Part shown: positions 1 to 13,179 of the stretch, one piece after another
Numbering within the stretch: position 1 is the stretch's first letter
Layout: each line of letters starts with the position of its first letter
Source of the DNA: Anthoceros angustus
Lineage: Eukaryota; Plantae; Anthocerotophyta
DNA: 64,000 nt
Reading direction: 5' to 3'
Assembly (NCBI GenBank): GCA_010909165.1
Contig: VJWM01000117.1
Location: 62,001 to 126,000 of the forward strand
Notes under the pieces: model-generated
Told to the model about the DNA's origin: nothing
The model's database searches: none
Seen by the model: only the letters and a program-made list of their open reading frames with translations
Position numbers and translations under genes: made by a program

Positions 1-113
1 TAAAAAATGACCAATAGGTTAATTCTCTCTCTAGAATTTCACCCCGTTCCCAGTAAGCAACGAAGCGTCGAGGCCCTGTGAAGGCAGCGCGTGTCGGATG
101 ACCACATAATCCA

Positions 114-2805
114 TTAGATAGGAATGGTTCCAACGATCGTTAACACTGTCGTTCTCCCTCTGGCACCATTCGGACATATCATAAGCAAAACCTTGCCTGT
201 ATGCTCAATTTCCAACCCCAATTTTCTGGCCGTTTCCTCCGTCATGATATTCACACCTGACCCCGTATCGAGAGGTACCCCTTTTATGATGCATCCCGCG
301 ATCTCTACCTGGAGTTCCGCTGGCCCTTGGTCAACCATGGATACTAGGTTGACAGCAAGTGGTCTTGGTCCGGTTTAGGAAGGCGTTGCTTTTCTTGGGC
401 TGGGCTTCCTTCAATGCCCTCCTGATCTGCTGCCTATCTGTGGTTGTCTCGAAGGAGTTGTCCAGAATGATCATCTTGATCCATGATGGCCTCTGCCAAG
501 TTAAAAAACACCTTCGTTTTTCCTCCGAGTTTACGTTGGTTGTAGATTCCAACTTAGGCTTCGACAGTGGCTTCCTCGGTGGGGTGGCGGACTGTGGTGG
601 GGTAGCATTGGAAACCGGCATCTCCGCCTCGACCACCTTGGCCTTCTTGCCCAGTTCCTCCTGGATCATATCCATAACCTCTTCCCGTCTGGTGGAAATC
701 CTAACCCATCTTTTTTTCACCGAATTCTGGGTAGCTTGTAAAGTGTCTTCAATTATGTCCGTTCAATTCCTTTCCACTGCTTTGAATTTGCACCCTCGTC
801 CACTGGAACACTCATCTCACCTCGTACCTTCCTCACCTTCCCATTGGTTCGTCGCCAAAATTGATGCGCTTGGGTCCGTTCCACCTCACAGCGCCGTTTA
901 CGCAAATTTTGTCATTCCCTCGCGCCGAAAGCGCTCCCCTCATCCGACCACCGTGGTATCCACCTCCTTTCTTCTTTTCCTTCCCCACGCCTCTTCTCCT
1001 TAGCTTTTGAGCTGCGTTCAGCGACCATGGCGGATACCTCCCATAATAATCACTATCGTGGCATCTAAACCCTCTAAGCTCCTTAGGGTCTTAATCTCGG
1101 CGTCCTCCCATAGCCATCAACGCGTCTTCAACATGCATGGCGAGCCACGGAACCTTGGCTCGGCCGGTGAACCCCGTCGGTGGTGCGATCTGGCGTTTTG
1201 GTGTTTTGGCGGTACGCTTGCCAAATGCCCTGCTTGCTTGACCTGAGTTTATCGAAATCTCCATTGCCTTGAGTTGGATAAGGCATGCGCATAGTGTCCA
1301 AGGTTGCGGTTGTAGGGGGTGCCCATTGGATTGTTACCGCCCGGTGATTACGAACCCTACGGCGAATTTCGTAAGTTGGAGGGATACATAGTCTTTAATT
1401 TTTGTTGCATACTTCACGAATTTGGTATGTATCCTCCAGTATCTTCCTCTTCCTCCTCATATCCGAGCAGATGCACTCTTGTTGTCGGGCAGTTAGCCTT
1501 GAAATGACCCTGCTGCCCGCACGTTGAACAGAAGAGGTTAGCTCGTGGATTCGTGACAGCTCTCCTTCTCTCGTGCTCCTTTACCGCGTTAAGATGGAAT
1601 TTCTCGAATTTTGCCATTATCTCTTCCATCTTGTTGTTCCACTCTCTTGGCTGCCACCTCAGCCTCCCTCCTTGCTTGTTCCGCGTCCTTTTTCGCGTAC
1701 ATCGCCTCTTGTTTTGCCCTTGCCAGCTCCTTGTTGTCCCGTGCACGACCCTTCATTTTCTTTTTCCATTTGGCGCGCTCCTCATCTGATGACGCTTCCT
1801 CCGAACTGTCACTCGTTTCCTCCTCAGGAACTTTCACATGGAATCTTACGTGGAGCTCTCTTCACCGATGAACTTTCTTAGGAGGATGAGGATCCCTTCT
1901 CTTTTTCCGATCACAGGCTTCTTCTTCTCCTTCTTAGCCTTCCTCCTCCTTGCGGGTTGGATTCCTCATAGTTTAGCCGCCTTGATAGCCTTGCCCAAAT
2001 TCTTCTCCGCTTGCAACCTTACGTGTCTCCCCATCTTAGAACCCAGGCCTTTAGCGAACCACCGTATTGCCTGCAACTCCGAGTGAGGGCCACTTCGATC
2101 GCGTAAGCTGTGAAACCTCTCCACATACGCCTGCAAGGTTTCCTTCTTTCCTCTCTGCAGCTTTTCAAGTTTGGACAACACGTATCCCTCCACGTCAAGC
2201 CCCCTGAACCTCTCACAGAAGGCGGTTTTTAACTCTTCATAGGTTACTGGAGGTGTGGCTGACTTGAGGTATTCGCGCCTATACCACTTTGCTGGACCCC
2301 CCCGAAGAACTCCATAGAACAATGAACACTGCATCTCCCGCTTCTGGTTTGCAAATGTCAATTTTCAAAGCGCTCAACAAATTCATCGGTCTTCATACCC
2401 TTCCCTCCATACACGGGTAAGGTTGCTTGGTGGTGACCACCACGCAGTGGTGGTCATGACTATCGTTCTTGATTCGGCATGGTTGGTTCAACAACGGTTC
2501 TGCGGAGTCGATTGATCTCCAACGATGCACACTTTTGGAAGAGAGGTCAAGATGGAATTGGGGTTCCTTGGCGTGGTACCTCGTCCAAGTCGAGGTTGGG
2601 GATCTTGCTCCAACAAGATCGGACCCCCGTCCCCTGGTTGATTCCTTACTTCCCTTCTTCTCCCAACGGGTGCGTCTTCCGGTTGGATCCTCCTCAACTC
2701 GCGGTTTGCAACCCTTTTCAACCTTTCCAGTGCTTGGCGTTGTCGCTTCTCTTGTGGCCTTCCGTCCCGACTTGACTCTGAATCCTCCGACTCAACCCGT
2801 GGCAT
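114..2805 (-). mobile_element. Ty3/gypsy LTR retrotransposon gag-protease region, frameshifted; continues beyond the window start
   Basis: Gag capsid-like segment 1966-2361 (LRGGPAKWY..YEELKTAFCERF..LQRGKKETLQAYVERF), CCHC knuckle CSTCGQQGHFKANC (ORF 1414-1746) and aspartic protease LDTGSGVNIM (114-338), in gag-PR order on the minus strand. Confidence 0.85.
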
Positions 2806-2881
2806 CCATCTACCTAACTAGATACACTCCAAAACTAGACACCTAAGCTATGGTTAGTCCCCTATAACCTTGATGATTTCA

Positions 2882-2894
2882 TTCCCAAGCGCCA
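2882..2894 (-). promoter_or_regulatory. Putative primer-binding site of the gypsy element
   Basis: The minus strand reads ...ttccaCA-ttt-TGGCGCTTGGGAA, a TGG-starting PBS 3 nt after the LTR-terminal CA. The TGGCGC start is Tat/Athila-like. Confidence 0.65.
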
Positions 2895-2897
2895 AAA

Positions 2898-3215
2898 TGT
2901 GGAATGGGTTTTGCATCCGAAGGCAAAGAGGCCACATTTACCCTCTATGTCGTTATAGTCCTAGGATTCGATCCCAAGGGAATGGTTTTGTGTCAAGGTG
3001 TTCTAATCTATGGATTCTAGACCTACCCGTCGCTCACACCTTCTCCAGCTACCTACCCAAACCCACCATGGTAGACTCGGCCACCGGTGGTTCGACCAAC
3101 GTGGGTCCCCACCACGCCGCTTTATCGGGTCTATGTCATGCTTCTGGGACCTTGGGGCTATGGGCATACACACCTATATACACCTCACTTACCTTCGGAA
3201 TTTTGCGATTCCACG
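2898..3215 (-). repeat. Putative LTR of about 318 bp
   Basis: Ends form the inverted pair tgtggaat...attccacg. It is flanked by the PBS on one side and a polypurine tract (minus strand gaggggagggaagtg, 3216-3230) on the other. Confidence 0.55.
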
Positions 3216-3317
3216 CACTTCCCTCCCCTCATTTATTTTCCCCCTCACAATCCCACAGTAGCACTCATCTACCCCTTGGGGAACCTTTCCTTCCTAATGA
3301 ACTCTCCCTCTCCTCAC

Positions 3318-3446
3318 GGGCCACACAGACCCTCCTTGGGCCACAGACCCTCCTTGGGCCACACAGACCCTCCTTGGGCCACACAGACCCTCCTTGGGCC
3401 ACAGACCCTCCTTGGGCCACAGACCCTCCTTGGGCCACAGACCCCT
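3318..3446. repeat. Tandem minisatellite, 18-20 bp unit gggcca(ca)cagaccctcctt, 6-7 copies
   Basis: Directly visible in the sequence. Confidence 0.95.
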
Positions 3447-3839
3447 CTCATGGAATAAAACACACATGGTGGCGGTTGGGAAGAGGATCGGGAAAGAAAA
3501 CCCCGTGTGCTTGGGCGATTGCCTTCGGCGTTCGCCTCGGCCTTCGCGGCAATTCCTACCTCTTTTTCGTGGCGTGCCTTCCGTCACCGTGGAGCTTGGC
3601 CACTCCGCCTCGACCATCCGAGGATCTTCCGGCCTTCTTGTGAGAAGGCGGTGCATCGAACGAGTTTGATCGGTCGTCTCCAATCAACCTCGCATAGCTT
3701 CAACACACGGAAGTTCACACGAAATTATGCATTAGAGACTCTCAAGGGTCTCTTATACATTCACCGTGGATTTCCACGACTCACTCCTACCGATGTCTAG
3801 AAAATATGGCCCACTACCACGAGCGCTCCTACCAATTCA

Positions 3840-6280
3840 GAAACTACTGACTCCACGGGTCCTCAAAACATCCTATCCCTACCCCAAAAAGCCTCGGCCT
3901 ATGATGTCGCTCCCCTAAAATCAGTAGCGGCGTCCTGATTCTTTGCCTAGCCACTGCGGCGGTGGGGTTCCGTCGCTCTCGCTCTCCTGCCACGCGCCGA
4001 TCCGGCGATTCTCCCCAAAACCTCCACCTCGGCATCACTGCTGCGGTTTCTTGGCGTCTTCCCATGGGCGTCGTCGTCTATAGGCCCTATGTTATTCCGC
4101 TCCTCATGTGACAGCCACAGTGTGCTCCTCCCTCCATGCACGGCCTCGCGCTCATTTCCTCGATCACCACTTGGGGTAGGCCCCGCTCCCGTTCGGAAGA
4201 ACCAGTAGCGCCGTGGTCAAGATGTGCGCCCAATAGTTTACGCCCCTCGTCCCAACAACCACATACACATTTAGAGTGAGCACCGCCACCATGCGCAGTG
4301 TGTGACATGAGCATCCTCATCCGGGCCGTAACTGTCGCTCTTGACTACAGGTTCTTACCTCTCCTCCGTGGACAATCCACAGGCGGTGCCTTGGGAATCC
4401 GGGATCGTATCCCCACTGCGCTCAGCCGGTGACTTCCCCACCTCGGTTCCTCCTTCGGCGGTGGCGGTTTAGCCACCGTGGTGGTAGTTTCCCCGGTGGT
4501 GGCTTGACTCTGCGGTTCTTGGCTCGCCCTTCTTGGTTTGGCCACCTCTCTCTTGACTCGGCCCTCATCTCTCTCTCGCTTATATCTCTCACTTGAATTT
4601 CTCGGGCGCCATTGTTTCCATTTGTTCCTCATGAGACCTCATCTTGAAACTCCTCGATTGTGGCATCGCCCCTTGACTGATTCACTAAGGCCTCTGTTGG
4701 GTGGACATGGCCTTAGCGCTCACATGCCTTGCAGCCGCCTCGCATTCCGTCTGCGCTCCTCGCCACCTTGTTCTCGCCTTCGGGCTCTCCAACTTCTCCT
4801 TGAGCAACTTTTCACTGTTGGCACACTCGGCCGGTGAGAGCCATGGCTGCACAGTCGAGGAGATCGCTGCGTCGAGCCATGGCGAAGTCGGGCTGTGATT
4901 CAGTGGGCTGCCCGTGCCCATTCCTTCCACAACAATTCGCCTTGACGGTGTCTCCACTTGATAGGACGGGTCGGTGAAATGTCGCCAAAATGTTCGGAGC
5001 TCTGGCGGACTTGGCTATCGAAACTAACCCCTCTTCTTCTAGGGGTTGGTTTGCCACAACTTCCTCATCCGCTCCAATCTCTCCTAGCGGCGACTCCTCC
5101 CCTGCACGAGGGCACAACTTGTCGTTCCCTTTTATTTTCTCCTCCTTCACTCGTTCTATTTTCATTTGACTGGTGACCCTAGGTGTGGTTGGGTTCCTCT
5201 TCTCGGGTGTCCTTCCCTTCTTCTGACCCGTTCGGCCGTCGCCCTCGCTTCTTGCCCTTGGAAACCTCCCCACCTTCATCCGAATCTTCTAGGGCGCATT
5301 CCCAAGCTATGGAATCCTTCCGGAATCTTCCTTACACTCCTCCTCCTCTGAGTTCCACGGCCGGTTTCCGGCTATGAAGGCGGAACCTGACTTCAACTCG
5401 TTAGACACCGGAATCTGCGAACACATGAATTAGAAAAGGTGAAATCAAGGAGGGTCGAGGGAAGGGAAACAAATTCGCCCTCTCCTCACAGGCTCTTTCA
5501 AAGATCATCCGCCCCAATCGATTTGTGTACCTTTAACCACCTCATGAAGAAAGACCGAGTGGTGCGCCATATGATCCAACTTAGATTCTGCGAACACAAA
5601 ATCCACTTGGCTAATCCCACAGTGAACACGAGTTGGCGAGTCACCCATCCATTGTTCACTCTCACTTCCCGGGCTTCATGGCGCCTTGCTGACTCGGTCT
5701 TCTTTCTGGGGTCAATTACCAAGCTTCCATCCTCCGATGCTTCTCGCCCATACATCGCTCGAAAGAGTCCCAAATCCAGTTTGCGGCCTCTTCCTCGCGT
5801 CTCCCTCTTGCAACTTGGTTCTCAATTGCGGGCGCACTCTTGCACCAATCTTTGGTCGTAACACCATTTCTTCTCCATAAATTCCGGACCCGGCTCACCG
5901 CGGGCCGCTCTCACCTTCCGATGGTCCATGTTGGGCCTTGCATGAGTAAAATTTCGGCCGACTCGGGCGCCATCTCCCTTTCTCCTTGTTTCTTGAGGAA
6001 AAGAACCCGACCCTCCTGGTGAGAAAAGGACACCACCCTCGCGTCTCCTCCACTCGCCTTGCTGGCGCTCTTGCCTCAGCGTCTCTTTTCCTCCTTCCTG
6101 CCGGCCGCCTCCGCCGCCACTTCTGCCCAGCCAGCGTCGTCCACACACTGGCGAGACTCAGCGCGGTTGCATCTGTGCGCCCGGCTTCTGCGGCTCAGCT
6201 CGGCCTGGCACATTCGCGACCTCGCGGTCTTTGGGTGTGTCGTCTCTCGATTGCGCTCATGCGCGGCGCTCCGCCACTAG
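3840..6280 (-). pseudogene. Fragmented coding-like region, possibly an accessory ORF of an LTR element
   Basis: Chain of overlapping charged, W-rich minus-strand ORF pieces (5498-5773, 4812-5279, 4345-4632) upstream of the PPT/LTR. No recognisable domain. Confidence 0.3.
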
Positions 6281-6619
6281 GGTTGTAAACTCCCACAGTG
6301 CATGCGTCCGTTCTTGACCGTGGTGGGCGGCTACCTCCCGCTTGGCTGCTGGCAAGATGTAGGCACCCTAACATATATAGACACTTTCTTATTTCTAAAA
6401 TCACCAAAACCCAAGGACTCTATCTCAGAGCCTACCTACCTGTCATTCGAAAACCTAAGGGTCAAAAAAAGAAAATTATTATCCCAAGGGCCAAGGACCA
6501 TTCTCGTATAAAAGACCTTACCCAGGCGATCCTCAAAGCACTTTGCTATGCAAACACTCCCAAAACAAAAAAAATCGTTCATCCCGACACTTCAGAGAGG
6601 GGTTAGTGTATATGTGGTC

Positions 6620-7545
6620 TTCCACAGGACTCGTCCATCCCCAAGGCGGCTCGTGCACGTCTCCGCTCTTACTCAGGTAAGGGAGCAGGTTCATGGCTTC
6701 TTGCGTGGCCTTCCATCTAGGCTTTCTGAATCGCACCAGCCTCTTTTTCTACTGCGATGAGGTTTCGCCTGTGCCTGGTCTAGCCTTTGGCCTACTCTCT
6801 CCAGGCTTGCAGCTGTGGGGCACCCCTCAACGACTCGAGAACCCACCTTGCTCACTATCCCTTGGGCGGTCAGCTCATTGCTACACATGACGCTGTTCGT
6901 GGCATCATGTTTTCGTGAGCCAAGGAGGGAGGCTTCTTTCCTTACAGGGAGCGCCCTTATACTCTGCCTAACGGGATTTCCCTCCAGGCGGACCTTTTTT
7001 TGGCCGAAGGGGACCAAGTTTCACTTGCGGATGTGGTTGTCACCGACCCTACTCGGGATTCTGTCAGTGAGCATGTGATCCTCTCCACCGGGGTGGGCAG
7101 CGGAGGGATGTGCCACGGCGAAGGTTTGTAAGTACTCTCCCTTGCAGCAGGGGCACGCCTTCATCCCCCTTGCCATCGAGATCCATGGGGCTATGGGCAA
7201 GGCCTTTTCTACGTTCCTTAAGACACGGCATGCTAAGCGGTACCTGGCAGGAAGCAGGGGTTGGCTTCCCTCTTTCATGTATCGTGGCTTTCTAAGACAA
7301 CGAGTGTCCATCGCCCTGCAACGGGCATTGGCCAATGCGGTGTATAGGATAGCAGCGGTGCAGGCTTCTTGACACCAGGTGGTGGTGGGCCCTTTTGCAT
7401 CCCCGATTTTGATATCCTTGGTGCAATAGGCAATTACAAGACTAGCGACAACGGGGTTTAGTCCCCCATGGTCTGGTGCCCTCATAAGGGTTGTTCCTCT
7501 TCTCGTGGGTAGATCGGTTTCCCATCTCTTTTTCATAATAAAGTC
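6620..7545 (+). mobile_element. 5'-truncated CRE-like non-LTR retrotransposon fragment (restriction-like endonuclease region)
   Basis: Motifs HDAVRGIMF, ADVVVTDPTR, FIPLAIEIHG and RQRVSIALQRALA, followed by a 3' UTR with AATAAA. Homologous to the element at 60-63.5 kb. Confidence 0.75.
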
Positions 7546-7794
7546 TCCATTTACACACATAGGATTCAAGGCTAGGTCTATATAAGGCCAAGCCCACCTA
7601 CATGTAGGGTGAGATATGTGCAAGTGTTCTTGTATGCTTGTGTGCTAGAACCTAGTGTGCCTAGTACATATAACCCATATTGTATGGGAGTGGTATGTTC
7701 CCTTCCTATATAGGCTTAGCTCTTTTCTTGACAATTTTATTGGTGGACGCCAAATCGCAGAACCCCAGAATCCTCTGGCGGACTCTCACATTCT

Positions 7795-7980
7795 ATCGTT
7801 GAGTGCCAGTTGAGACCTTCACCACGCCTCACCTATGTTGACTTCATGCTTAACTCGGCTGAGTCCCTCATCATTCCTAACCTACGCTGACTTCACGCCG
7901 TTGAGTACCCGGCTGAGACCTTCACCACGCCTGACTTATGCTGACTTCACGCCTAACCTAGACTTCACGCTTAACCTAAA
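7795..7980. repeat. Degenerate tandem repeats (gagaccttcaccacgcct / ctgacttcacgc)
   Basis: Repeated motifs visible in the sequence. Confidence 0.65.
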
Positions 7981-9903
7981 CCGATCTGGACAGTCGGTGG
8001 CGGATTTTCTGGCTGCTTCCGATGCCAATCATCACACCACCAGCGACAGCAAGATCTTCTGCAGTGGCTCTGACGAGGAATTCGGATATTTCACATGAAA
8101 GGTAGGATATAAGTCGGAGCAATGCGACTGGCTAAGTCTAAGAACTGTCTTCCGTAGGTAGCACTTGGAAGCAAAGTTCTGGCGCAATTTATCTGTTGTT
8201 CTTGATCAATGCATGTGTGCCACTGGGTCCACTGAACTCATCAATCGTTTGATGCTCTCGATCGGAGCCTGCAGGTGAAATAAATCGATCCTACAATCCG
8301 CACAAGCAAACTTCAAAATCTCTACCTCGATTCCACAGTATCCTGAGAATACTCTGGCAGAAAGGGGTATCCAAGCTTATGGTCTCTCTGGTGAATGTCA
8401 TACAGTGGCTTGGATGCCTCTTACTAAGCTAGGTTATGGTCTCTCTCGTGAAGTCATATTGTCTGCATCTGAGTGCTGCTGAAATCGTTGTAGTATAGTG
8501 GAAAGTACGTCCCCGGTGATCCGGATTCTGAATATTGAATACTTGTCGCCAGACCTCGCACCACGGCAACCCACGGCAACCCACGGTAACAACGCTTCAA
8601 AGAAGCTCCTGTTGGATTGCGGATTGGCTTATGGGGCCAGCATGCTCCTAGGCTGACCTGTTAACCAGATAAGTAAAGACCTATCCCACAATGCATGTCA
8701 GCGGGAGGAAGAAGAGCGATTTTGTGTGTTCACTGGCGGGCTGATGTCTGCTCCGAGCTTGTTGCGCGTCTCTCTACAGAGGTGGCATTCTGTGGCCTCC
8801 TTCCTTGCACCCCAGACCCTGAACAAGTCATTCACACTTGCTGGAACATGGACGCACTTGTCGCCTGCGCGCCGCAAAAATCTCAGAGCCTCCGCCCGGG
8901 TGTTTGGAAGTGATTGGGTTGTGGCGTCAAGCGTCAAGCGAGGTCGGACACATCCGCCATGGCGCTGTCCGACCAGATGCCACTTGTCCGCCGGTTCCCG
9001 GCATCTCACCATGTCCAACCATGCCCGATGTCTCCATGTGCGAGATGGACTTCCATCCAAGATGCCCTATGTCCAACCCGGCGGTCGGGTCATGGGATGA
9101 AACGCTCTAGGGTTTTCTTTCGCATGCCGTATATCCATGGTGGTCAAGCGGTTTGTGTGCGCTTCAACCGGATTCAAAGCCGCTGGTTTCCACTAGGAAG
9201 GAGAGACATGCGAAGTTTCTCGAGCTGAAGAACCATGGAAACCAAGGTTGCCATCAGACAAGCCCCGATCCGGATCGAAGAAGTAAACTAGGCATTCACA
9301 TTTAAGCTGAAGTCTTCGCAAACCTAAACTGCTGAACAGCTCTAAACGCTTTGATTTGACGAAAGAGGGCCCAATTCCTTATCCCGAAATGTTACATACA
9401 TACGACACAAAGGCAAGAAGTGTGGGCCAAAAGACAGTTCACAGTTCAGAACCGACTCGAGCAACAAAAAATTGGCTTCCTACCGGCCTGCTCAATAAGT
9501 GAGTGATAGAACGCAACACCGAGGCAGAAAGGAAACACGAGGCACACGAGATCTGAAGCAATCAGGGCATAGTGGTGATATCCAAGCTATACCCAGATGC
9601 CCCAAAAGTTAAAAGCATAACTAATGCTAGCCCAGTAGAAGCATTTGTCTAGCCACCAGAGACAACTGACAGAACATATATACCACCCTAGCCTGCCCCG
9701 GCAGATGAAAGACTTACTTCCACATCCCTTTAGGTGTCCAGATGGATCCAGGGTTCTGCGACCTATCAAGTCAAAGTCAATACTACTTGCAGCTTGCCCG
9801 CTGAAAATACAGTTTACTCCGAAATAGTAGGCAACCCTCAGGAGAATGGTGGATATCAAGGCCTGGCCTGGAAAGCCACTAGCTCAGGTCATACAAACAC
9901 GAA

Positions 9904-10652
9904 TCAGGAGGATAACTGAGACTTCTGCACGTCGGGTCGATTATAGGTCTGCCTCCTAACCTCCGCTTCCTCTTCCGGAGTGAAGTCATTCTCGATGTTG
10001 AATGTCTTCCGAATCTCCTCAGCAGTCTTGTCACCGATCATCTCTGCCGCGGTTTGGCAGGTCAAATCCAGCAGCTTCTTGATGTCCAGGAAGTGGGCCG
10101 CCTGCTCCACAGCACAAATACAGATTTGCAATCTCGTGCAGGAAATTAAGCTCCTTCTGGTTCGCTCAAAGCAAGGCCTGATGAACCCTGACCCAAACCA
10201 AAACAACTAATATTCACAACACAACAAATGAGCCAAACTGTGGAACAACGATCATCCGCACCCAATGATACACTGCGACGACAGCGGCAAGGAAGTGTGG
10301 TGCACAATGGCCTCATTCCAACCGCCTCACATCAACCTTTACTCACCCGGATGAGGCTAAACAGGGTATCATGGTCGACCTCCATGAATTTTCGGTCCCA
10401 CTCCTTGATTTGAACGTCGGTAGCCGCCGGCTTGTCCTCATCAGATGACTTCACTGCCTTCACATGATACTTGCAATACTCAATGACCTTCTCCAAGATG
10501 TTGTTGCTCATCATATGAATAGGAATAGGTTTTTCGACGCCGATTTCTTCAATTGTGTGCTTCAACATCCGGCTCTCATGCGCGACAGCTTCGTCGACCT
10601 CGAACATCTTGTCATCCGAGCCCTTCAACCACACTTTCGCCTCCCGAGACAT
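9904..10652 (-). CDS. SKP1: SKP1/ASK-like protein, copy A (exons 10652-10347 and 10101-9904)
   Basis: [41 protein letters not shown] and [40 protein letters not shown], joined by a GT-AG phase-0 intron. Confidence 0.9.
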
Positions 10653-10871
10653 GGCTGCGAAGCTAGGCCTCCGCCTCCACCAAACCCTGGCAACAAGCAC
10701 TCAAGCCTAAGCCTCCTGTCGCCCGTGCACGGCACACCGTAATTAATTAGAGCGAGGGCAGAACGCACCTGCAGCACCAATTCCCAACACTGGAATCCTA
10801 GCAAGTCAAGTGAGAAGGCCATAAACGGAAGAGGCGCACACTCAAAGCCTACCGCACACAGAGCTCCGAAT

Positions 10872-11410
10872 TGTGATTTGGAAGAACCCGTGGCTGCTTG
10901 TGTGCTGAAATGCGATACAACGCGCGCGACATCAGTTTCTTCTTGTGTATTGGAATGTGATACAACGGCACATCAATTTCTTCCTTGAGATTTGGAAGAC
11001 GCAGTCACTGCCTGTTTGCTGTAAAACAATACAAAACGACATCAATTTCTTGCGATCGCAATTGAGATTCGAACCGCGGTTATCCGGTTCCTAGCATCCC
11101 AGGCTAGTCAAGCTCCCACGTCCCGGAGGAGGAGATCAGTTTCTTCCTTGTGGTTTGGAAGACTCGGTGGCTCCTTGTGTGTTGAAATTCGAGACAACAC
11201 GACATTACTGTCTTCCTTGTGATTTGGAAGACGGAGTGGCTGCTCGTGTTGTTGGAATCCGATACCACACGACATCAGTTGCTCATGATTTGGAAGAAGC
11301 AGTGGTTGGCTTGCTTGTGTGTTGAAATCGGATTCCAGGAGACATCAGTTTTTTTCTTGTGATTTGGAAGAAGCAGTTGTTGTTTGCTTGTGTGTTGGAA
11401 TTCGATAGCG
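10872..11410. repeat. Degenerate ~58-bp minisatellite upstream of SKP1 (second copy ~12088-12626)
   Basis: Recurring unit gtgatttggaaga..ggctgcttgtgtgttgaaattcgatacaacacgacatcagtttcttcc. Confidence 0.85.
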
Positions 11411-11563
11411 TGATTCACGGTTCTTGCAGCGAGGTGTTTCAGACTTCTGTGTGTCTGCGCTTCACAGCAGTTTTCACGAGCATGTTTCAATCTGTGTTTG
11501 GCAGACAGGAGCTGTGGTGCACAATGGCCTCATTCCAACCGCCTCACATCAACCTTTACTCAC

Positions 11564-11869
11564 CCGGATGAGGCTAAACAGGGTATCATGGTCGACCTCC
11601 ATGAATTTTCGGTCCCACTCCTTGATTTGAACGTCGGTAGCCGCCGGCTTGTCCTCATCAGATGACTTCACTGCCTTCACATGATACTTGCAATACTCAA
11701 TGACCTTCTCCAAGATGTTGTTGCTCATCATATGAATAGGAATAGGTTTTTCGACGCCGATTTCTTCAATTGTGTGCTTCAACATCCGGCTCTCATGCGC
11801 GACAGCTTCGTCGACCTCGAACATCTTGTCATCCGAGCCCTTCAACCACACTTTCGCCTCCCGAGACAT
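11564..11869 (-). pseudogene. SKP1: SKP1-like copy B, exon 1 only
   Basis: Identical to exon 1 of copy A. Its intron is cut at the duplication junction (~11513) and it has no exon 2 of its own. Confidence 0.85.
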
Positions 11870-12724
11870 GGCTGCGAAGCTAGGCCTCCGCCTCCACCAA
11901 ACCCTGGCAACAAGCACTCAAGCCTAAGCCTCCTGTCGCCCGTGCACGGCACACCGTAATTAATTAGAGCGAGGCAGAACGCACCTGCAGCACCAATTCC
12001 CAACACTGGAATCCTAGCAAGTCAAGTGAGAAGGCCATAAACGGAAGAGGCGCACACTCAAAGCCTACCGCACACAGAGCTCCGAATTGTGATTTGGAAG
12101 AACCCGTGGCTGCTTGTGTGCTGAAATGCGATACAACGCGCGCGACATCAGTTTCTTCTTGTGTATTGGAATGTGATACAACGGCACATCAATTTCTTCC
12201 TTGAGATTTGGAAGACGCAGTCACTGCCTGTTTGCTGTAAAACAATACAAAACGACATCAATTTCTTGCGATCGCAATTGAGATTCGAACCGCGGTTATC
12301 CGGTTCCTAGCATCCCAGGCTAGTCAAGCTCCCACGTCCCGGAGGAGGAGATCAGTTTCTTCCTTGTGGTTTGGAAGACTCGGTGGCTCCTTGTGTGTTG
12401 AAATTCGAGACAACACGACATTACTGTCTTCCTTGTGATTTGGAAGACGGAGTGGCTGCTCGTGTTGTTGGAATCCGATACCACACGACATCAGTTGCTC
12501 ATGATTTGGAAGAAGCAGTGGTTGGCTTGCTTGTGTGTTGAAATCGGATTCCAGGAGACATCAGTTTTTTTCTTGTGATTTGGAAGAAGCAGTTGTTGTT
12601 TGCTTGTGTGTTGGAATTCGATAGCGTGATTCACGGTTCTTGCAGCGAGGTGTTTCAGACTTCTGTGTGTCTGCGCTTCACAGCAGTTTTCACGAGCATG
12701 TTTCAATCTGTGTTTGGCAGACAG

Positions 12725-13179
12725 GGAGCTGTGGTGCTACGACAAAGCGTCCCGCGATGCATCCGAAGCGCTGCAATTTCACAGGGCCCTACGTCGTTGT
12801 GGCTGCATTCGCAACCGGATTCCGCTTCGGTGCGTTCAATCCCGAAGGATACCGCAGCACGGACGATTCTTACGACATCTTCGACGCCTTTCTGTTCGGC
12901 TGGGACAGCGTCAAGCGCAGCCATTAAACACGCGCCGTGTTGCGAAAGATGGGAGGACAATGGTGCTGCGGGCGACGACGAGCCGACGGGCTCTTAGAAA
13001 TCGGGCCTCCCAAGGCACCGGTCATGGGGGGTTTTTGCAGGGCCAGACACCAATTCCAGTGGAGGCAAGTTGCGGGAGACGAAATCGCTCCTAGGTCTGT
13101 CGTATGCGCACACAGCCGACGGGAAGGATTCAGTTCGGACATGGCAGCTATTGTAGTAGAAGTTGAGGTGTTGTGCTGA
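12725..13179 (+). pseudogene. TLDc-domain protein pseudogene fragment
   Basis: RCNFTGPYVVVA..FGAFNPEGYRSTDDSYDIFDAFLF and ADGLLEIGPPKAPVMGGF match the conserved plant TLDc protein family. Several frameshifts. Confidence 0.8.

Larger units (their letters stand above)
10296..12737. repeat. Near-perfect 1217-bp tandem duplication
   Basis: 10296-11512 matches 11513-12729 with only about two 1-nt indels seen. TGTGGTGC occurs at all three boundaries. Confidence 0.95.

Noticed and set aside
359-1003. 214-aa plus-strand ORF and similar hydrophobic ORFs up to 3.6 kb
   Set aside because: Antisense shadows of gag, or readings through the LTR and minisatellite.
6358-7600. tgtagg...cctaca ends suggesting an LTR enclosing the CRE-like fragment
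   Set aside because: Only a 6-bp inverted match and no TSD.
10872-11410. Repeat array superficially resembling a CRISPR array
   Set aside because: Whole units are degenerate copies of each other, with no unique spacers and no cas genes, in a eukaryotic context. It is a minisatellite.
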